Shown here: in pieces, positions 56,601 through 64,000 of the stretch | Position numbering within the stretch: position 1 is the first letter of the stretch | How the letters are laid out: each line of letters opens with the position of its first letter | Assembly (NCBI GenBank): GCA_001244265.2 | Contig: CDLV01000013.1 | Location: 1,116,001 to 1,180,000, forward strand | DNA: 64,000 bases | Direction of reading: 5' to 3' | From: Microbotryum violaceum | Taxonomy: Eukaryota | Made by a program: the position numbers and the translations under genes | The notes under the pieces: generated by a model | Database searches by the model: none | Seen by the model: only the letters and a program-made list of their open reading frames with translations | What the model was told of the DNA's origin: nothing

Positions 56601-58699
56601 GCCCAAGGCGCGCAAGTGCTAGGCTCTTATTGGCTCGTGTGGTGGCAAGAAAAGTGTGTATATCTGCTTACCGCTTTTGACACGTTGTCCGGGTTGTTCC
56701 GAAAAGCTGCTCTTGCTGATATGCTCTGGCTTCGTTCATCAGTCACTTCCACACCCAGAATGGCTTCTACATGGGCATCTACGCCCTCCTCGGGATACTG
56801 CAAGCCGTCTTCTCCTTCCTCATGGGTTTGGCCTCCGTCTTCATCGGCTACAACGCATCTCGCTCGCTTCATCGTTGCGCGATCCAGGGTGTCATGCACG
56901 CACCCATGTCCTTCTTCGATACCACCCCTCTTGGGCGCATTATGAACAGGTTTTCCAAGGACATTGACACCATCGACAACACGCTAAACGACTCTATGCG
57001 CATGGCTCTGAACACGTTTGGTTCCGTCCTTGGCGCCATCATCCTGATCTCGATTGTCCAGCCTTACTTCCTGATCGTAGTCACCTTCATCTTGTGCTGC
57101 TACTTCTACGCTGCCAGCTTTTACCGCACTTCTGCGCGTGAGATCAAGCGATTGGGTAGGTGCATCACGCGACTCGGTGCTCACCGATGGCATGCTAATC
57201 TTTCTCGTTTGAGTTCCTCAGACAACTTGCTTCGCTCCTCCCTGTACGCTCACTTTAGTGAAACTTTGTCCGGCTTGGCCACCATCCGCGCCTTTGGAGA
57301 AACGGACAAGGTCAGCATTAGTCCTACAGTCGGCTGTCCTAGGAGTTTGAAAGACTGATTCGGTATCATATCGCTTTCCCCACACAGTTCTTGAAACGCA
57401 ACGAAGAGTACATCGACATCGAGAATCGCGCCTACGCCCTCACCGTCATCAACCAGCGATGGCTCGGATTCCGTCTCGATATGTTCGGTGGTCTCCTTGT
57501 GTTCATCGTCGCGATCTTTGGTGTCGCCACGAGGACCAAAGTTTCACCCGCACAGACCGGTTTGATTCTGTCGTACATCCTCTCGATCCAAGCTGCGTTC
57601 TCTTGGATGGTTCGTCAACTCGCCGAAGTTGGTATGTACAGGCCTAATGTTTCGGTTCCCCGCTTTCTAGTAGTCGGTTGTCTGATGTTGGGTTGCAACT
57701 GTCGACACAGAAAACGATATGAACTCGGTCGAGCGTATGCTGCACTACGCCAACAACCTCGAGCAAGAGGCGCCGTCCGACATCGAGGAGACACGCCCGG
57801 ACCCGAGCTGGCCTGCGCACGGCGCGATCGAGTTCGAAAACGTCTTCATGTCGTACCGCCCAGAGCTACCGCCGGTCCTCAAGGGGCTCAGTCTCCGTAT
57901 CGAGGGCGGGCAGAAGATTGGCGTCGTCGGCAGGACCGGTGCGGGCAAATCGACGATCCTGCAGTGCCTGTTTCGCATGGTCGAGCTGCAGTCGGGCAAG
58001 ATTTCGATCGACGGCATCGACATTTCGAAGCTCGGGTTGAATCAACTGCGCGAAAAAATTGCGATCATCCCGCAGGATGCGCTTCTGTTCAGTGGAACGC
58101 TCCGGTCGAACCTCGACCCGTTCAACGTTTACGAGGACCGTGTGCTGTGGGACGCGATGAGGCGAGCGTACCTCGTCGACCAGGTCCCCGCCGGCGAAGT
58201 CACCCCAGCCACCGCCACCGCCACAACCACCACAGCCACCGCCACCGCCACCGCAGCAACGGGAGACGAGACCGCGGTGACGGCAGCGACGACGGCGACG
58301 AGCCGATTTACGCTCGATATGGTCATCGAGGACGAAGGGCTCAACCTGTCCGTCGGCCAACGTAGTCTGGTCTCGCTCGCGCGCGCGCTCGTCAAGGACA
58401 GCCGGGTGATTGTGCTCGACGAAGCGACGGCCTCGGTCGATCTCGCGACCGACAGCCACATCCAGCAGACGATTCGCAGCGAGTTCAACGACAAGACGTT
58501 GCTGATCATTGCGCACCGACTGCGTACCATCATTGACTGCGATCGCGTGCTCGTCATGTCCGAAGGCCAGGTCGCCGAGTACGACACGCCGATCAACCTG
58601 TTCCGCAACAAGGACGGCATCTTCTCTTCGATGTGCAGCCGCAGCAACATCAGCGAGGCCGACATCCTGCGCAAGGCCGTGTTCAAGGCAACCGGTTAG
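53623..58699 (+). CDS. ABCC/MRP (Yor1-like) full-size ABC transporter, copy B (canonical TMDs)
   Basis: Same NBD motifs as copy A; canonical LFNLLRMPL, FFDTTPLGRIMNRFSKDID, NQRWLGFRLD, WMVRQLAEVENDMNSVER. Confidence 0.95.
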
Positions 58700-59458
58700 C
58701 CAATGACTTCAATGATATAAAAGGAGGACGTGGGATGGTAGACGCGTCGCAGTGATTCACGATTGGGGTTCGAACGAGATTCGGGCATTTGGCCCACCCC
58801 TTTATTATCTGGGTTTAGAGCACATGTATGAACCGGAAAAACACGTAGATCTACCCTTGCTGTATCGATGAAACTATCTCATGTATATTTGCCGTTCGCG
58901 TTGGCGTCTCTAAAAAAGCCTTACAGCCAGCATCATGCCTCTTTGGTTGACGCCGTCTACACAAACTACAGCGAATATTAACTTTGCACTGAATCTTCAC
59001 TGGTCTGCTCTCAAGGTTGTAGCCAAATGTACGCTTCCGCGGATGAATGAGCTGAGCGCGACTCGACCGTGGATTACGTAAGCCCGTGACGCCGCTCCTG
59101 TAAGGGGACGCCTTACGGAAACAGCAGTATAAGTAGCCTCTGAGTAGCTAGAATTATCCTAGTTACGACTTGCTTTTAGCCTGGCGGTCAAGAACGAGAG
59201 AGTGTATTTCATGCACATCAGAGGCGCATACTTTACAGATCTGCTGCTCCGCACCTGGTAGGGCGCTTCAATTCTGATGTGGCGACCTCGAAGCACTTGA
59301 GACTCGCAACCTGCGCCTTCGCAAGCGCAATTGTTGGATCGATGCCGTGAGTACCTTTCCCCACTTGAGTCCTGGGCACAGCGCCATTTTGGTATCGTCT
59401 GCCTACCCCTGTCCCCTCGACTGAGACTGACTCCGGCCCTCGATCCCCTATCTTTGCA

Positions 59459-59660
59459 GATGCAAAGTCTCGTTCTGCCCCACCGTATCGAACGGTGTCG
59501 CATGCCCAGCTCGTGGCATCAACTGAAACTGGCTACAACAAGGTCGGAACCACCTGCGTCTCTAAGACCCCTGTATATGACTCGTACAAGTGCCCTTCGT
59601 GCCCCAAAGGCAACGGCACGCCGTGCAACAGCTCAGGAAAGTGCTTGTCAGGGAAATATG
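59459..59660 (+). pseudogene. Second remnant of the Cys-rich repeat gene family
   Basis: CKVSFCPTVSNGVAC... stop/frameshift ...TGYNKVGTTCVSKTPVYDSYKCPSCPKGNGTPCNSSGKC, the same repeat unit as at 42.8-43.1 kb. Confidence 0.65.
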
Positions 59661-59828
59661 GTTGTATCGTCCTTCACCCGATTTTCGTTCTTATTATGGT
59701 ACTTGGGTGAGCCTAGCGGCCCGCTCAACCGGAGGCTACCGGAGGCGTTCGCGCGTTGACTCGAGGGCTGCGCGCTTTCAGCTTGAGCCTCTCCCTGCCT
59801 CACTACACTTCAACCACCTGACCACATT

Positions 59829-61856
<2,028 letters not shown>

Positions 61857-62236
61857 AGTGCGTTGTAATGAGGTGATGAACTGGGTGGATGAAAAAAGAT
61901 GAGCGAAAACGTTTGCAATCTTATCTTTGGTGATCAAACAAGTGGACGGTTCGAGTGACGCGGAGGCTCTCTTCGCCCTGGGACTGAAAAACGACCACCA
62001 TTCAAAGAGCATGAAGCAGTGGGGCACGAGCAATGCATGCAGTATTGCAGGGATGATAGCATAAGGGGTGAACGACAGGACACGACTAGAATTATGAACC
62101 TCCCAAAAGCCGTGACTTAGCGCTGAAAATTAAAAGTCTCGAATGCGCAGTCGTCGGGTGGGTGTCCGTGAAGCGGTTTGGTCGTGAGTGGTGGGGTATG
62201 AATATCTGAAGGGCCGCAAGGAATCGAAAAGGAAGC

Positions 62237-64000
62237 TTAGAAAGGAGCCTTGTAGTTGGGGGGGTCTGTTCGGTTCAAAAGCGGTCAAGAGAGAAATTCA
62301 AAAGAGAAATGTCAGTCTTTCAATTTCCGCATCCCGTGTGGGATCAAGCAAGAGGTTCAATTTACTCGAGCCGTCGCCGACCATGATCTTGTGGCCTTTA
62401 CTCGGGATCTTGCCCTCGCAGACGGTGATCCATAAGAAGGCGGGGCCTATAAGAACAAGACACCAACTGTCAATATATGACAAAGACACTAGATCACACC
62501 TCTCCACTAACCAGGAGGCCAAATCGTCCCATCATGCGGACTCTGGAAAGTGATCGTCGATTGATTGGACGAAGTGACGAGCAACTCGACCGATCGTTGA
62601 TTCATGTGTAGAGCGTGGGTCGCGTATCCGCCATCGATGAGGACTACCCTGACGTTATCGCAGCCCATGGGGTTCGACATCGTCAAGGTGTAGCGACCGT
62701 TGTATTCTGCGGAAAGAGGGGAGTAATGGAAGTCTGAGGCAACACGGATGGGCCCAAGCTAAGGGTGATATATAGACTCACTGATCTGCTGAGGATAATT
62801 CAAGATGGCCGGTCGCTTCTTGGTCATATACGGAGGGGCGATAAGCTCGACCTCGAACCTGCGAAGTTGAAAAGGGCCCTAAGATGAGCCTCCCCGCGAT
62901 CCCAGTCGAAACGAAAGGGGAGTAAACTAACCGAGACTTGTACGTCAGTCTGGTGAGTATGCGAGGGTTCGGAGACGAGCCCATTGTGAGGACGGATCCT
63001 TCGGTCGTGAGCAAGGAAGTAGAGTGGTACATGCGCTCAATCTTGGCCGGCGGGAACTCTTCGGAGAACCGTTGACCCCTGGGCGCGTCCGGGTTGTACA
63101 AGGTGGGAACAAGATTGGGGACTGCGGCATCTAGCAGTTGGGGATGAGGTCGGAGTCAGTTCTTGGAAGTGCGCCTGCGCGGAGGCTCTGGCTGGACATA
63201 CTACTGTGACCAACTGTAGTAAAAAGCAGACGTTTTTGGGCAGAAAAGCACACCTCAGTCAAGCACGAGCCTTCATGGCGTAGAGGACCTGCGACCAGCA
63301 GACGCGTACTCACCCATCCCGATCGCGTTTCCGTAGCCCGCGGTGCCCGTTTTGGCTCCGCCCACGATGAGCACCTGGCCATCAGGAGTGATGACGGGGT
63401 CACCCATGATACGAGGGCTCAACATGTGCTCGACCTCCCAGCCCGACATACTATTTCCTCTCGGGAAGGAGGTACGAGCGCATTGATCACTGACGGGTTC
63501 GTCGGCTCGAACGTTGAACCCCGGGTTAGTCAAGTTGACCGTGTTGAACACGCCCCCGCAGATGAGCACCTCCGAGATCCAGTTATTCTTGATCGTCAGA
63601 GGCAAAAGGACTGCTGTTCCCGAGCCGGGGTAGGTGGCCACGATCCCTCCTGGAACTCCTTTGACTCGGTGCTCGCGGTTATGCTTCCAGTCGTAGATCA
63701 TCGCGACATGGTTGGCCACCACAAATATATTGCCCGACCCGGACAGCAGGAACGCAAGAGGGAACAAATTCGAGTCGAGCGCGTCTTGCAAGAACTTGGA
63801 GTAGAATTGAGGTCCTTTGCTCGGAAAGAACTCCATCGTGGGATTGTCAACCTTCGGGTCGTTGTTGTACTGCCCTTTCTTGCTACCGCCCATAATGAGA
63901 GCCGAGCCGTCCGTGACGCGGACGACGGACGCGTACCAACGAGCCGATTGGATGTGGACCTTTTTCGGGTTGTCGAGGAGCCGATGGCTCGTCGGTTGGA
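62237..64000 (-). CDS. Glyoxal oxidase / copper radical oxidase (AA5_1), 3' portion; 5' end lies beyond the window
   Basis: RWYASVVRVTDGSALIMGG, TYPGSGTAVLLPL, EVLICGG, PRIMGD, RMYHSTSLL, THALHMNQR; stop inferred at 62237. Confidence 0.9.

Noticed and set aside
54702-56615. 637-aa antisense ORF and similar long antisense ORFs over the ABC, ARO1, BDP1 and ESS2 genes
   Set aside because: Shadow ORFs expected from GC-rich codon usage of the sense genes; no recognisable motifs

Overview
Intron-rich fungal genomic DNA. Gene content and splice signals fit a basidiomycete, probably Pucciniomycotina/Microbotryomycetes (inference). About 19 protein-coding genes are readable: RVB1 (partial), She4/UNC-45, a degenerate cellulose-synthase-like GT2, an Nbp2-like SH3 adaptor, CTR9, CCT7, aldose 1-epimerase, pentafunctional ARO1, an aldo/keto reductase, an SH3 protein, a Mn-type CDF transporter, a coiled-coil protein, two ABCC/MRP transporters, BDP1, ESS2, a degenerate AIM6-like phosphodiesterase, mitochondrial aspartate aminotransferase and a glyoxal oxidase (partial). 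Four observations stand out. (1) The two divergently oriented ABCC paralogs are a mosaic: three near-identical inverted blocks (380, 833 and 1017 bp; N-terminus, NBD1, NBD2) alternate with strongly diverged transmembrane domains, and one copy has lost the conserved substrate-pocket arginines. Recombination between the blocks would invert the intervening genes and shuffle the TMDs. (2) A complete 2.1-kb non-autonomous Helitron sits 27 nt downstream of the CTR9 stop codon and carries a triple fold-back of its own helicase sequence. (3) Two intact-looking genes (GT2-like, AIM6-like) have lost their catalytic motifs. (4) There are two decayed copies of a Cys-rich repeat gene family. Exon boundaries were inferred by eye from GT-AG signals and reading frames.
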